From assembly GCA_945889315.1 (NCBI GenBank), contig CAMDBP010000004.1, positions 4,702-68,701 of the forward strand: a DNA stretch of 64,000 bases. Reading direction: 5' to 3'. The translations under genes were made by a program, and so were the position numbers. Below the pieces are notes generated by a model. That model was not told the DNA's origin. It saw only the letters and a list, made by a program, of their open reading frames with translations, and made no database searches. Below, piece after piece: positions 46,498 through 57,900 of the stretch (the first letter of the stretch is position 1; each line of letters opens with the position of its first letter). This DNA is from Chitinophaga pinensis (GTDB lineage: Bacteria > Bacteroidota > Bacteroidia > NS11-12g > UBA9320).

Positions 46498-47457
46498 TTA
46501 TTTAGCGCCTAGTACAGTTGCTTTTATATTTTCAAGCATGTTACTGGTCAGCTTTTCCAGATTGTATTTTTCACTCCAATTCCAGTCTGCTCGCGCTTTG
46601 CTATCGTCTATACTTTGCGGCCAGCTATTGGCAATCTTTTGTCTTTGATCAGGTTGGTAGGTTATGGTAAAATCAGGAATGTGTTTTTTGATTTCAGCCG
46701 TAAGTTCCTCAGGATTGAACGATACACCCGCTATATTATAGCTGCTCCGTATCTGTATAATATTAGATGGAGCTTCCACAATCTCTAAGGTAGCTCTTAC
46801 CGCATCTTCCATATGCATCATAGGCAAGGTTGTGTCTCCACTCAAAAAGCACTCATACGTGCTTGTTTTTAGTGCCTGATGAAAAATATCTACCGCGTAA
46901 TCTGTTGTGCCGCCACCTGGCAGTGATTTCCAACCAATAAGACCCGGATATCGGATACTTCTAACATCTAGTCCATATCGGTTATAATAATATTCGCAGT
47001 AACGCTCTCCAGCTAACTTAGTAATCCCGTAGACTGTACTCGGTTCTAAGATTGTACTTTGAGGTGTATTTACTCTTGGAGTTGTAGGTCCAAAAACAGC
47101 AATAGAGCTTGGCCAGAATATTCGTTTAACTCCGTATTCTAGACAGGCATCAAAAATATTAAAAGTGCCGTCCATATTGAGCTCCCAACCAAATTTAGGA
47201 TTAGCTTCTGCTGTGGCAGAAAGTAAAGCAGCTAAATGATAGACCACTGTTGGTTTGTATTTAGCGAACACTTCTGCTATCTTTTTTTTGTCGAGAACAT
47301 CGAGTGTCTCAAAAATGCCATTAGCAAAAACAGGATGGTCAGATTTGCGAATATCACTTGATATCACATTGCTTTCACCATGAATATTCTGCAAATTTTC
47401 TACCAGCTCGGTGCCCACTTGGCCACAAGCTCCTAATACGAGTATAGTTTCAGCCAT
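46498..47457 (-). CDS. tdh: NAD-dependent epimerase/dehydratase-fold L-threonine 3-dehydrogenase
   Basis: VLGACGQVG Rossmann motif, YGITK catalytic YxxxK. The 319-aa SDR-type TDH architecture is common in Flavobacteriia. Confidence 0.7.
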   Translation of the reverse strand: MAETILVLGACGQVGTELVENLQNIHGESNVISSDIRKSDHPVFANGIFETLDVLDKKKIAEVFAKYKPTVVYHLAALLSATAEANPKFGWELNMDGTFNIFDACLEYGVKRIFWPSSIAVFGPTTPRVNTPQSTILEPSTVYGITKLAGERYCEYYYNRYGLDVRSIRYPGLIGWKSLPGGGTTDYAVDIFHQALKTSTYECFLSGDTTLPMMHMEDAVRATLEIVEAPSNIIQIRSSYNIAGVSFNPEELTAEIKKHIPDFTITYQPDQRQKIANSWPQSIDDSKARADWNWSEKYNLEKLTSNMLENIKATVLGAK

Positions 47458-47496
47458 TGCTAATTTTGGATGCGAAAGTATAAAATACTATTCAAC

Positions 47497-48126
47497 TTAA
47501 TGCCACTTCTTTTCGCCTGCGGGTATATTCACTTTTAGGTGATTTTCATACGGCGGAATAGGGCACGAGTATTCTGAATTATACGCACAATACGGGTTGT
47601 AGCAGTAATTAAAATCAATGATAGGTTCCTTTAAATCAGCCAGTTTAAAGTCTAAATATCTTCCTCCTCCATAAGTTTCATTACCATTGGTCAGATCTTT
47701 AAAAGGGCAAAATAAGTAATCTGGCATTTCTACACTTTGATATAACGTAAGCGAGTGCGCTACACCATCCATTTCGAAACGTAAACTACCATATGTTCGA
47801 TACTCTGGAAGTCTATCGGTATTGGTCTTCATTTGGAATACTTTACCATCTTCTATTTTAGTAAAAACCGCTGGGATTTTATAATTTTCGTTTGGCTCAT
47901 AAAAATGCAGGTGACCCAATGCCGAGACATCTTTTTTAGACAAGACACCATTGGAACCACTCAAAAAAATGGCACTTATACTATCTTGGTAATTGACTAT
48001 TTTTTTACCATAGTCATCCAGTATTTTCGGCGATTCCTCCACCACAACCTCGCCGTTTTGCCATTTGCTTGGAGAATTACACGCTGACATAGCAAAAAGT
48101 GCTATCGCTATTAGTTTGTTTTTCAT
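47497..48126 (-). CDS. DUF1684 domain lipoprotein
   Basis: Lipobox FAMSAC. C-terminal GGRYLDF...NYCYNPYCAYN..YSCPIPP.EN DUF1684 motif. Confidence 0.75.
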   Translation of the reverse strand: MKNKLIAIALFAMSACNSPSKWQNGEVVVEESPKILDDYGKKIVNYQDSISAIFLSGSNGVLSKKDVSALGHLHFYEPNENYKIPAVFTKIEDGKVFQMKTNTDRLPEYRTYGSLRFEMDGVAHSLTLYQSVEMPDYLFCPFKDLTNGNETYGGGRYLDFKLADLKEPIIDFNYCYNPYCAYNSEYSCPIPPYENHLKVNIPAGEKKWH

Positions 48127-48145
48127 AAATTCTGAAAATAGTGAT

Positions 48146-50197
48146 TTAATCGGTTATGCCTTCTAGCATAAACAGGAATGCAAACTCTTTAGCGGTTTCT
48201 TTAAGTGCTTCAAATCGACCACTTGCTCCGCCATGTCCGGTTTCCATATTGCAATCCATGATCAACATATTAGTATCTGTTTTCATGTCGCGTAACTTAG
48301 CAATCCATTTGGCAGGTTCCCAATACTGCACTTGACTATCGTGCAAGCCTGTGGTAATGAACATATTCGGGTATTCTTTAGCTTCTATATTATCGTAAGG
48401 CGAATAGCTTTTTATGTAATGGTAATATTCCTCTTCATTCGGATTTCCCCATTCGTCATACTCTCCGGTGGTAAGTGGTATTGTTTCGTCTAGCATAGTG
48501 GTTACCACATCTACAAATGGGACTTGTGCAATCACTCCATTCCAAAGTTCCGGTCTAAAATTTACTACTGCACCCATTAGCAATCCTCCGGCACTTCCGC
48601 CTTCTGCATATAAATGTTTTGGGGTAGTCCATTTTTCAGCTATTAGGTAATCAGCACAATCAATAAAATCAAAAAAGGTATTCAATTTTGCCAACAGTTT
48701 ACCGTTTTCATACCACATTCTACCTAAGTCTTCGCCGCCGCGTATATGCGCTATTACGTATACAAACCCTCTGTCCAACAAACTAAGTCTTACCGAACTA
48801 AAATAGGGATCTAACGAGTGACCGTAAGAACCATATGCATATAAAAGTAACGGAGCTCCTTTGCTGTTTTCTTTTGTCTCTTCCGCACTAGATTTTTTGT
48901 ATACTAAGCTCATGGGCACTTTTTCGCCATCTCTTGCCGTAACCCACAATCGTTTGCTGTCGTACAAACTCTCATCGTACCCGCCTACTACTTCTTGCTG
49001 CTTAAGAAGCACTTTATCTCGGGTATTCATATTATAATCATATACCGAGCTAGGAGTTGTCATGCTTGTATATCCAAATCGCAAAATCTCACTGTCAAAA
49101 TCAGGATTGGTACTGGTCCAGCAATCATATGTTTCAGAATCAAACTGCATATAATGCTCCTCTTGCGTTTTCTGATTGATAACTCGAAGGTGATTTTGAC
49201 CGTTACGGCGTTCTTCAATTACCATAAAACTGCTAAAAACCTCTTGTCCTTCCAGCAAGGTATCTTCACGATGAGCTATAACCTCTACCCAGTTTTTCCT
49301 TTCGGTAAGTAACTCAGCCGTTTCCATCAATTTAAAATTATGAGCATCCCAGTTGGTCATTACATACCATTTATTTTCAAAATGACTGATACTATACTCC
49401 ATTCCGCGTACACGCTTTTGGAATATTTTAAAGGTATCTTGGGGATTTGTGGCTAAGATAAACTGATATTCAGATGTGATACTCGCTCCCGAACTGATGA
49501 TAATATATTTTTCGCTTTTGCTTTTATAAACACCGCAATTAAACGTATCGTCCTTTTCTACAAATCGAACTATTTCTTCTTTTGTAACCACGTTATACGA
49601 CATAACCTTGGCAGATCGCAGGGTGGTTTCGTCTTTCATGGTATAAAAAATAGTTTGACTGTCTTCCGCCCAACAAGCTCCGCCAGTAGTTCCAGGTATA
49701 TTTAAATCTAGAATTTCACCGGTTTCCGTGTTCTTCATTTTAAGGGTATATATTCTACGACTCACCGTATCTTCTCCGTACACCATGTATTTTTCATCAG
49801 GACTTAGACTCAAACCACCTACGTTGTAGTATTTATGTCCTTCGGCCATCACATTTACATCCATAAGAATCTGTTCTTTATTCTCCATGCTGTCCTTCTT
49901 ACGACAGTATATTGGGTATTGAGACTCTTCTGTAAATCTTGTGTAGTACCAATATCCTTTTTTCTTATACGGTACAGACTCGTCATCTTTTTTTATGCGG
50001 CCTACTATTTCTTCATATAATTTTTCTTGCAATGGTTCAGTAGGTTTTAGTACCTCTTTGCAATACTCATTTTCGGCGTTTAAGTAGTCAATAACTTCTT
50101 GGTTTTCACGATCTCTAAGCCAGTAGTAATTATCTATTCGCACGTCTCCATGTATATTGTGCTCTTTGGGTATCTTCTTTGCCTTTGGTGCTTGCAT
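48146..50197 (-). CDS. ptrB: S9-family serine peptidase, oligopeptidase B-like
   Basis: N-terminal HGD.R.DNYYWLRDR, beta-propeller domain, GGSAGG nucleophile motif and a C-terminal catalytic D/H region. An alternative ATG exists at 50212. Confidence 0.85.
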   Translation of the reverse strand: MQAPKAKKIPKEHNIHGDVRIDNYYWLRDRENQEVIDYLNAENEYCKEVLKPTEPLQEKLYEEIVGRIKKDDESVPYKKKGYWYYTRFTEESQYPIYCRKKDSMENKEQILMDVNVMAEGHKYYNVGGLSLSPDEKYMVYGEDTVSRRIYTLKMKNTETGEILDLNIPGTTGGACWAEDSQTIFYTMKDETTLRSAKVMSYNVVTKEEIVRFVEKDDTFNCGVYKSKSEKYIIISSGASITSEYQFILATNPQDTFKIFQKRVRGMEYSISHFENKWYVMTNWDAHNFKLMETAELLTERKNWVEVIAHREDTLLEGQEVFSSFMVIEERRNGQNHLRVINQKTQEEHYMQFDSETYDCWTSTNPDFDSEILRFGYTSMTTPSSVYDYNMNTRDKVLLKQQEVVGGYDESLYDSKRLWVTARDGEKVPMSLVYKKSSAEETKENSKGAPLLLYAYGSYGHSLDPYFSSVRLSLLDRGFVYVIAHIRGGEDLGRMWYENGKLLAKLNTFFDFIDCADYLIAEKWTTPKHLYAEGGSAGGLLMGAVVNFRPELWNGVIAQVPFVDVVTTMLDETIPLTTGEYDEWGNPNEEEYYHYIKSYSPYDNIEAKEYPNMFITTGLHDSQVQYWEPAKWIAKLRDMKTDTNMLIMDCNMETGHGGASGRFEALKETAKEFAFLFMLEGITD

Positions 50198-50320
50198 GGT
50201 GCAATGATACATGATGATTTTAGATTGAACTATCCAACAAGAGAACTGATTTTCCGTTCTTTAATTATTACACTTTATAGTATTTACCTAAAAATGCTAC
50301 ATTTGAATATATATACCTAT

Positions 50321-52045
50321 ATGACAACATTTTACAAACTTGCCCTTAGCCTTATTTTAGTTGCGTTCACCACGTTATCTACAGCACAAACTACTATCTA
50401 CGTAAGCCCATCGGGAAGCAACGGTAATGACGGAAGCCAAGCAGCTCCTTTTCAAACCATACAGTTTGCTCTAAGCCAAATGACCACCGCTACTACCATT
50501 GAAATTATGGCAGGAACCTACACCGAGTATTTGTACTTAGACGGGAAAGCAGGCACAGCAACAGAACCTAATGTCATAAAGCCTTTTGGAAATGATGCCG
50601 TGATTGTAGACGGAGGTGGTATTTCTGCGAGCTCAGGAGACGCCTTGCTTTTTATCTCTAATTCAGCATTCCTTACCTTAGAAAACATCACGTTTAAAAA
50701 CATAATAAGTAACTATGTTGCTGGGATTAATATTAACTCGAACTGCCAAAATATTACGTTAAATAACTGCAAAATCAAAGGCGTGCACTTTTCGAATAAT
50801 CCTGCTGAAAACGTGACCTCATTTAAAAAAGCCTATCCACTAGTTGTGTTAGGAGTGAGTGCTACAAATGCCAATCGCAATATTGTTATTCTTAACTGTG
50901 AAATCGCAGATTGTAGAACAGGATATAGCGAAGGATTAACTATTTCTGGAAATGTAGATAGCTTTTTAATCGAAGGTAACTCTGTACACGATATTACCAA
51001 TATAGGCATAATGGCGTCGGGCCACTATGGAATTTGCTCAGATCCAACATTAGACATCTCTAGAAATGGAGTTATCAGAAATAACGAGGTGTATAATTGT
51101 AAATCTCCAATTGCCACCGCTGGAGGAATTTATATAGACGGCAGCACCTTGATTAGCGTACAAAACAATATATGTCGAGATGGCCAAGTTGGTTTTAGCA
51201 TTGGCTGTGAAAAAAAGGGAAAAGAAACGTCATTTGTCCAACTTATTAATAACGTAGGCTATGGCAATAGCCGAGCGGGTATTGTAGTTGGTGGATTCTC
51301 CTACCCAACGACTACTGGGAAAGTAATAAACTGCGTGGTTTCAGGAAATACCTTATACGATAATGACAAAGACAACACATGGACAGGTGAGCTCAATATG
51401 ACGTATTGCGAAAACGTAATCGTAAAAAACAATATTTTTTACGCTACAAACCCGTATAACGTAATGTCTTTTTACAAGAAAGATAATGGAACAGGAAATG
51501 TGTTGGATTACAACTTGTATTACTCTACAGGTGGAAACGAAACCAGTATTTACGGCTATAATGATGCGGATATTAAAACGCTCGAAGCCTTCAAAACAAC
51601 TTCGAATTTTGAGGAACATTCTTACTTTGCCAATCCGTACTTTAAAAATGAAATGACCTATGATTTTCATTTAGTTGACTCATCCAATGCTGCAAATGCG
51701 GGCGACCCAAGCTATGCCGCGGTTGGCGAGGTTGACATGGATGGCAACACGCGCGTATTGCGCACCATTATAGATTGCGGAGCATATGAATCCCCATACT
51801 CACTGGGTATTAAACAATCTGCACTAAACACTCTAGCTGTACACCCAAATCCTACGTCTGGAATACTTCATATACCGGCAGGTGCATATAGCAGCTATAC
51901 AATCACGAATGCGCTAGGTCAATTAATGGAACAAAACACTTTATCTGGCAATACCATTGATTTATCCAACCTAAAAAGTGATGTTTATATACTTACGATA
52001 AAGTCTGAACATAAAACGTACACAAGCAGAATTATAAAACGATAA
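50321..52045 (+). CDS. right-handed parallel beta-helix protein with T9SS type-A sorting domain
   Basis: ATG at 50321 gives a signal peptide (LILVAFTTLSTAQ). Repeated N.....N beta-helix turns are present. The C-terminus (VHPNPTSGILHI...DVYILTI...RIIKR) is a T9SS C-terminal domain. Confidence 0.7.
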   Translation: MTTFYKLALSLILVAFTTLSTAQTTIYVSPSGSNGNDGSQAAPFQTIQFALSQMTTATTIEIMAGTYTEYLYLDGKAGTATEPNVIKPFGNDAVIVDGGGISASSGDALLFISNSAFLTLENITFKNIISNYVAGININSNCQNITLNNCKIKGVHFSNNPAENVTSFKKAYPLVVLGVSATNANRNIVILNCEIADCRTGYSEGLTISGNVDSFLIEGNSVHDITNIGIMASGHYGICSDPTLDISRNGVIRNNEVYNCKSPIATAGGIYIDGSTLISVQNNICRDGQVGFSIGCEKKGKETSFVQLINNVGYGNSRAGIVVGGFSYPTTTGKVINCVVSGNTLYDNDKDNTWTGELNMTYCENVIVKNNIFYATNPYNVMSFYKKDNGTGNVLDYNLYYSTGGNETSIYGYNDADIKTLEAFKTTSNFEEHSYFANPYFKNEMTYDFHLVDSSNAANAGDPSYAAVGEVDMDGNTRVLRTIIDCGAYESPYSLGIKQSALNTLAVHPNPTSGILHIPAGAYSSYTITNALGQLMEQNTLSGNTIDLSNLKSDVYILTIKSEHKTYTSRIIKR

Positions 52046-52068
52046 TTTTTTAAGCCTGAATTACCACA

Positions 52069-52584
52069 ATGCCATTAAGAGTAACTTTCCCTAAAGCAGT
52101 ATCCTATTTTTTCGCAAGCTGTATGCTATTTACGAGCTGCGTAAGTTCCACCGTTATTCGTTCATATCCAAATGGTGCAGATCTAAGAATTGACGGAGTC
52201 GACGTAGGCAAGACACCGTATCGATACGAAGACACTAAAATAACCTTTAGTACCACTGACATTCGACTTAGCGCAGAAGGTTATCGTACCTTAAATACCA
52301 GCATAAGTAAAGATGAAGAAGTAGATGTAGGACCTGCAGTTGCTGGTTTTTTTGTCCTAATTCCATGGCTTTGGGTTATGAAATACAAAAGTAATTACAC
52401 GTTTGATTTAAAACCCGAAACGCCCGCTATCACTCCACCTTTAAAAGCACCCACGAGCGTCGATGCACCTGCAATCAGTTCAAAATCGGATAGACTGAGA
52501 GAATTAAAGTCGTTGCTTGACGAAGGTTTAATCACCCAAACGGATTACGATCTTCAGAAGAAGAAAATTTTAGAGGAACAATAG
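52069..52584 (+). CDS. lipoprotein with PEGA-like domain, hydrophobic segment and C-terminal SHOCT domain
   Basis: Lipobox LFTSC, PEGA-like PNGADLRIDGVDVGKTPY, hydrophobic AVAGFFVLIPWLWVM and SHOCT-like RLRELKSLLDEGLITQTDYDLQKKKIL. Confidence 0.55.
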   Translation: MPLRVTFPKAVSYFFASCMLFTSCVSSTVIRSYPNGADLRIDGVDVGKTPYRYEDTKITFSTTDIRLSAEGYRTLNTSISKDEEVDVGPAVAGFFVLIPWLWVMKYKSNYTFDLKPETPAITPPLKAPTSVDAPAISSKSDRLRELKSLLDEGLITQTDYDLQKKKILEEQ

Positions 52585-52604
52585 TTTTATCGTACTAGTA
52601 GGGT

Positions 52605-53231
52605 TTATAAAAATGTTAACCCAATGGGTACATCTGTAATCCAACCGGTTATACTGTAACGGCGTGCAAAAACGGGAAGCACTTCATGCTCCGTTTCAGA
52701 AGTAAAAATAACGAAGCTACCCTGATGAGGTTCTACCTTTACTTCACCTTGATCGGTGTATATCATAAGCTCACCTCCATCTCCTTTTTGCCAATCGGTA
52801 AGGTATAGTATTATGGTAAAAAAACGATGCTGCTGTTTAGCAAATCTATCGCGATGTTTTCTGTAGTAACTGCCTTTTTCGTAAATGGCAAACATTAGCT
52901 CCTTGTCCTTGAGTGGCAAAAAAAAATGTCGATTTAACAGTGAGATAAGGCCATCAATATGAGAGGAGTAAGAAGCTAATATAGGATTACTTGAAGGTTC
53001 TTCTATCCAAAGAATAGAGTCTTTACGTATCTCTTCATTTATGCTAAAGGATGCACCTTTTCCAATACCCGCTTTTTTAAACTGATCTTGATCGTAGCGT
53101 ATCTCCATGAGTGCTCGCAAGGCTGCCGCATCGGTTACATTAATGATATTCCTGTGAATATAATATCCGTGCTGCTCTATACCAGAAAGCATTTCATTTA
53201 AAACGCCTTCCTCCACCAAAAATGGTTTCAA
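52605..53231 (-). CDS. 2OG-Fe(II) oxygenase (prolyl 4-hydroxylase-like)
   Basis: HRD (HxD) in YRKHRDRF, distal His in SETEHEVLPV and Arg in RRYSITGW. Confidence 0.75.
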   Translation of the reverse strand: MKPFLVEEGVLNEMLSGIEQHGYYIHRNIINVTDAAALRALMEIRYDQDQFKKAGIGKGASFSINEEIRKDSILWIEEPSSNPILASYSSHIDGLISLLNRHFFLPLKDKELMFAIYEKGSYYRKHRDRFAKQQHRFFTIILYLTDWQKGDGGELMIYTDQGEVKVEPHQGSFVIFTSETEHEVLPVFARRYSITGWITDVPIGLTFL

Positions 53232-53333
53232 TAAATAATGAGCTTAATGCCTCGAAGGTAATTTAAATTACGGCAGTTCTGTCTATTCATCTTCACCTAA
53301 ATATTTAAAACGGTGATACCCAAGAAATGGTCA

Positions 53334-53341
53334 TAACTTTG
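53334..53341 (+). promoter_or_regulatory. candidate -7 promoter box (TAACTTTG)
   Basis: Exact TAnnTTTG match, 11 nt upstream of the ATG at 53352. Confidence 0.35.
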
Positions 53342-53351
53342 CGTTAATAAA

Positions 53352-54128
53352 ATGCTTTACTACACCACGCATTTAAGCACACCTGATGCAGAATGGGTCA
53401 CCTTTATACATGGTGCTGGCGGCAGCAGTGGTATTTGGTTTAAGCAAATTAGAGCTTTCCAGAAACACTTTAATGTATTGCTTATAGACTTACGTGGTCA
53501 CGGAAAAAGTAAAAAGCCGATTTACGAGCAATTAAAACACTATCAGTTTGACACTATAGGCGATGAAGTAATAGAAGTGCTCAATCACTTACACATAAAA
53601 AATACGCATTGGGTAGGCATTTCGTTGGGTACTATTGTTATCCGGGAAATCACTGAACGTTTTCCTGAGCGCACCTTGACCATGATAATGGGTGGCGCCA
53701 TTATGAAGCTTAACCTACGAGGTCAAGTATTAATGAGACTTGGTTCTATGCTCAAATCTGTTGTGCCTTACTTGGTGCTTTACAGATTTTTTGCGCATAT
53801 TATCATGCCTAAAAAAAGCCATAGAGAAAGCCGAAATTTATTTATAAATGAGGCTAAAAAACTCTACCAACAAGAGTTTAAAAGATGGTTTACGCTGGTG
53901 GCAGAGATTAATCCATTGCTAAAGTATTTTAGATTTAAGGATAGTGGAATACGCACATTGTATATTATGGGTGCTGAAGACCACATGTTCTTACCCAGTA
54001 TTTCCAAAATAGTACAAGACCACGCTAGCTCTCGTTTGGTTGTTTTACCTAGTTGCGGTCATGTCGTAAATGTAGAGCAACCACAGCGGTTTAATGAGAT
54101 TGCTGTGAATTTTCTAAAAGGTCGTTAA
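53352..54128 (+). CDS. alpha/beta-fold hydrolase
   Basis: HGAGGS oxyanion region, GISLGT nucleophile elbow and a C-terminal GH catalytic His. Confidence 0.8.
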   Translation: MLYYTTHLSTPDAEWVTFIHGAGGSSGIWFKQIRAFQKHFNVLLIDLRGHGKSKKPIYEQLKHYQFDTIGDEVIEVLNHLHIKNTHWVGISLGTIVIREITERFPERTLTMIMGGAIMKLNLRGQVLMRLGSMLKSVVPYLVLYRFFAHIIMPKKSHRESRNLFINEAKKLYQQEFKRWFTLVAEINPLLKYFRFKDSGIRTLYIMGAEDHMFLPSISKIVQDHASSRLVVLPSCGHVVNVEQPQRFNEIAVNFLKGR

Positions 54129-54209
54129 AATTTTTACACGTTTTCTTGTTGTGAAGTTCTACCTTTTTTGAGAAATGAATAAAGGCAAGATTTATCCTAC
54201 TATTGCATT

Positions 54210-54905
54210 GTGAGTAATACCTTGTATCTAGTACCCAATTTTATTGGTGAGTTTAATAAAGAATACCTCCCAAAACGAACATTGGACCACACCTATCAGC
54301 TAACACACTTTATTGTTGAGAAAGAGAAAACGGCTCGTGCATTTCTCAAAGCAATTGAACATCCTACACCTCAGAATGATTTTGTATTTATTGAACTAGA
54401 CAAACACAATGATTACGCAGGTTTTAAGGCATTTTTTAACACACACATTACTACACAAAGCATAGGAGTAATTTCCGAAGCAGGATTACCTGCTATTGCG
54501 GATCCGGGCAGCGAAGTAGTCAAATATGCTCATTCAAAAGGTGTGACTGTTGTGCCCTTATCGGGCAGTTCATCTATCTTTTTGGCACTTATGGCTAGTG
54601 GTATGGATGGCCAGCATTTTCAGTTTAACGGTTATTTGCCGATAGATGCTCGAGACAGAATGATTGCCTTAAAAGATATGGAAATTCGCTCCCGAAAAGT
54701 AACTCAACTCTTTATGGAAGCACCGTATCGAAACAATCAATTTCTAGAGTTTTTAATCAAAAACTTACAAAAAGACACCCAATTATGTGTTGCTGTGGAT
54801 ATAGAAAAAGAAGGTGAAGAAACCATTATTTCCAAACCCGTTAAGGATTGGAAAGTGAACGAGCTGGAACTTCACAAGAAGCCTGCTATTTTTATCATAG
54901 GATAA
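54210..54905 (+). CDS. SAM-dependent methyltransferase, tetrapyrrole-methylase (RsmI-like) fold
   Basis: LYLVPNFIG N-terminus, SEAGLPAIADPG and GSSSI motifs. GTG start. Confidence 0.72.
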   Translation: MSNTLYLVPNFIGEFNKEYLPKRTLDHTYQLTHFIVEKEKTARAFLKAIEHPTPQNDFVFIELDKHNDYAGFKAFFNTHITTQSIGVISEAGLPAIADPGSEVVKYAHSKGVTVVPLSGSSSIFLALMASGMDGQHFQFNGYLPIDARDRMIALKDMEIRSRKVTQLFMEAPYRNNQFLEFLIKNLQKDTQLCVAVDIEKEGEETIISKPVKDWKVNELELHKKPAIFIIG

Positions 54906-54917
54906 GGTCGATTTCAG

Positions 54918-57900
54918 TTATTCCAGAACGGTTAGTGTTCCGTTATTATAATGCCTTACCCTATCTGCACCTATGGCATTCACAACATAAAAATAGCATC
55001 CAGATGGCACTCTCTTCCCTCGGTAAGTTCCATCCCATGGTTGCATACATTCATCTGTTTCAAATATTTTCTCCCCCCACCGGGTATACACTTCGAAGTG
55101 GAATTGTGAGATATATAATCCTCTTATCCTATAAACGTCATTTAAACCATCACCATTAGGTGACATCGCATTAGGCGCAAATAGTGCAGAACTGCTGCCA
55201 GTACAATTAGAATTGGAATAGCTACTTAAGCCGTCTTGCGATAATGCAACTACTTGATAACAGGCCTCACTCGCACATTCAATATCACCTGTTTTGTCAA
55301 GATAGGTAGTATCTAATTTACCCGTAACGGTAGCTATTAAAACGGATACTTCATTATCTTTCTTAAATACCTGGTATTGTTCAAATTTAGTATCCCAAAT
55401 TCTTTCTTGAGTCCAAGTAAGTAAAGGATAAAGTGAGAGGTCATTTTCTACTTTCAAGTAAATGGAGTTTACTGCACTAGATGGAGCACTTATGCCTCCA
55501 CACTCATCCACCTGTCTTACTTTATAGGAATAGCTTCGTTGTTGCGTATTAACCGAATTATCTAGATAAGACAACACGATAGGGCTACTAATAACGTCCG
55601 TAACTTCTCCTGTTCGAAGAATTTCTAATCCCGAAATCGGGATTAAAGCGCTAGAGCTAGGTTCAATACTCAGCTCAATCTGGTTTCCTGTATTAACCGT
55701 GACATTACTAAGTTTCACGGGCTTTGTGGTATAATTCCAAACAGGCTTTATATGACACGTATCACTGTACGAAACATCGAATCCATAGGCTGCTACTTTG
55801 TAGTGTTGCGCTGCATCACAATTTAGATGCTCTGTATCTGTATAGCTTAAACTGTCTGCGGGCACCTTAGCTAAAAGCTCATAACCAGCATCTCCTTCGC
55901 GATATATGTCATATCCATCTATTTTTTTCCATCCAGCATACGCATTCCAACGAACAATTCTGGACATAGGAGCACTTTGACCAAAAGTATTAATAGTACA
56001 ATGTTCGTCAAGCGCACTAATATCTGGAGCTTCACACCTGTTGGTTCCTACCAATTTTAAACATACCGAGAATTTTTGTGGATTTAAGCCAATTAAAGTA
56101 CCCGTAGTGTTAGTTACGTTTGATGACTCCCAAATCTTAGTGCTCGCAGCATTGTATAATTCGTATTTTTCAAATAAACCTGTGGTGTCTTTCACTAAAT
56201 TGAAAAACACTTCGTTATTTTCTCCGACTGACAAATAACGTAAGGTTGCATTTGATTTATTTTGGGGTCCAACTACTTTAATAATGGCTTCCTTGGTTAT
56301 AGAATCTTTACAACCTGCCTTATTTATAACGTTTAGCTTGAGATCAAAAGCCCCTTCGTCGACTATCTTGAAAGTAGTATTTTTTGAGGACCCAATTACA
56401 TTTCCTGACACGCTATACGAATAACTCAATATAGAAGTGTCTGAATTGCTTAAGTCTGTTGTTTTTATAGTGTCACCTATACAGTAATACGCTTGATCTA
56501 TCCTAAAATCCGCCTCTATTTTATATAACTTTATTGTTTCTTCGATGCTATCCTTACAGCCTGCGCTATCCACTACCGTAAGTTTGGCTCTTACATCTGT
56601 ACTTCCTGTATTATACTTAACCTTGTTTAGCGCTGTAATCTTATTTCCATCAATGTCCCATGTTCTCTGCGTAATCTTTTGACTAGCCGATGTGCTGTCG
56701 TACAGCGTGAGCATATCATTTACACAACGTGATTCTCCTAAAAAACGAGCTACTGGACTTTTGTACACAAGGATTGGATCTGAATTGTCTATTGGGTACT
56801 TACAATTGCTAGAATCCGACACGAGTACTTTTACCTTATAACTGCCAGCATTGTCATACCTGTAGCTTATCGTATCACCCAACAAAACCGATCCGTCACC
56901 CATGTCCCACTCAAATTTCACTGCATTTCCTTTTGTTACCAAGCCCAAAAAAGTATCATTACTACACAGCGTGTTTTGGCCAAACACGAGCTCTACAATC
57001 GCTCCTTTTATTCGAACAAATGAATCTAGGACCACGCTATCAATACATCCGCGTTCGTCGGTAATTTTTAGCGCTATTTTATAGTTAGAAGGCTCCGTAA
57101 AAATGCGAGTTGGGTTGGGGGCGCTCGAAAAGAATTTATTGTCAATTCGCCATTCGTGCGCAACAATTTTTCCAAATAAACTACTTGATTCATCTTTGAA
57201 ATTAACTTGTAACGGTGCACATGGAGCGATAGGATTGCTACTTGAAAAATCAGCATAAATAGCTGGCTTGGGTTTGTTTACAATCAAAAATTGCGTAGTG
57301 TTACAACCGGTGGTGTTAAGTACGGTCAAAAAAACAGTATCTGCTTTATTGTTCAGAAGCATTTGTTGTTTAAATACAGGAGAACTACTATAATTTGTAC
57401 TCCCTTTATATCTAAACTGATAACCCGTAACCTTCCGAAGTTGATCTGAACTTACATCCATTTTAAACGTAAACTGAGATACGTTACAACTAATAATACT
57501 ATCTGTATAGGAGGAGGTGAATGTAACTCCATTATGTGCTAGGTTAAATTGTTGTGTTGATTCACAGCTATCCAAGTCGGCAAGTATATTAACCTTAATC
57601 ACCTTGCTGGATGGATCTTTTAATCCAGATATGGTGTACTTGGTCACAACAGAGTTCGAAGGAATTGTGTCGCCATCTATAACCCACCTCCGTATGTTAT
57701 TCGTATCATTCCAAAAGCTATCAATTAGTGTCAAAACCTTAGGAAAACATCCGAATGATTGGCCTACTTTGCTATCTAATCTAGATCCTATTACATTTAT
57801 TACCGTATCTAATTCAATTGAGCAGCCACCATTAGCATAACCAACGAGCTTTACACGTACGGCTCCCCCTTGGGATTTTAAAGTATACAGAGACGGTAAT

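Noticed and set aside
50099-50320. N-terminal 74-aa extension of the beta-helix protein ORF, overlapping the divergent ptrB start
   Set aside because: The extension has no signal peptide and overlaps ptrB coding sequence. The ATG at 50321 gives a canonical signal peptide.
54848-55159. 103-aa plus-strand ORF spanning the methyltransferase 3' end and the PKD protein 3' end
   Set aside because: It overlaps two supported genes, and its translation has no recognisable features.
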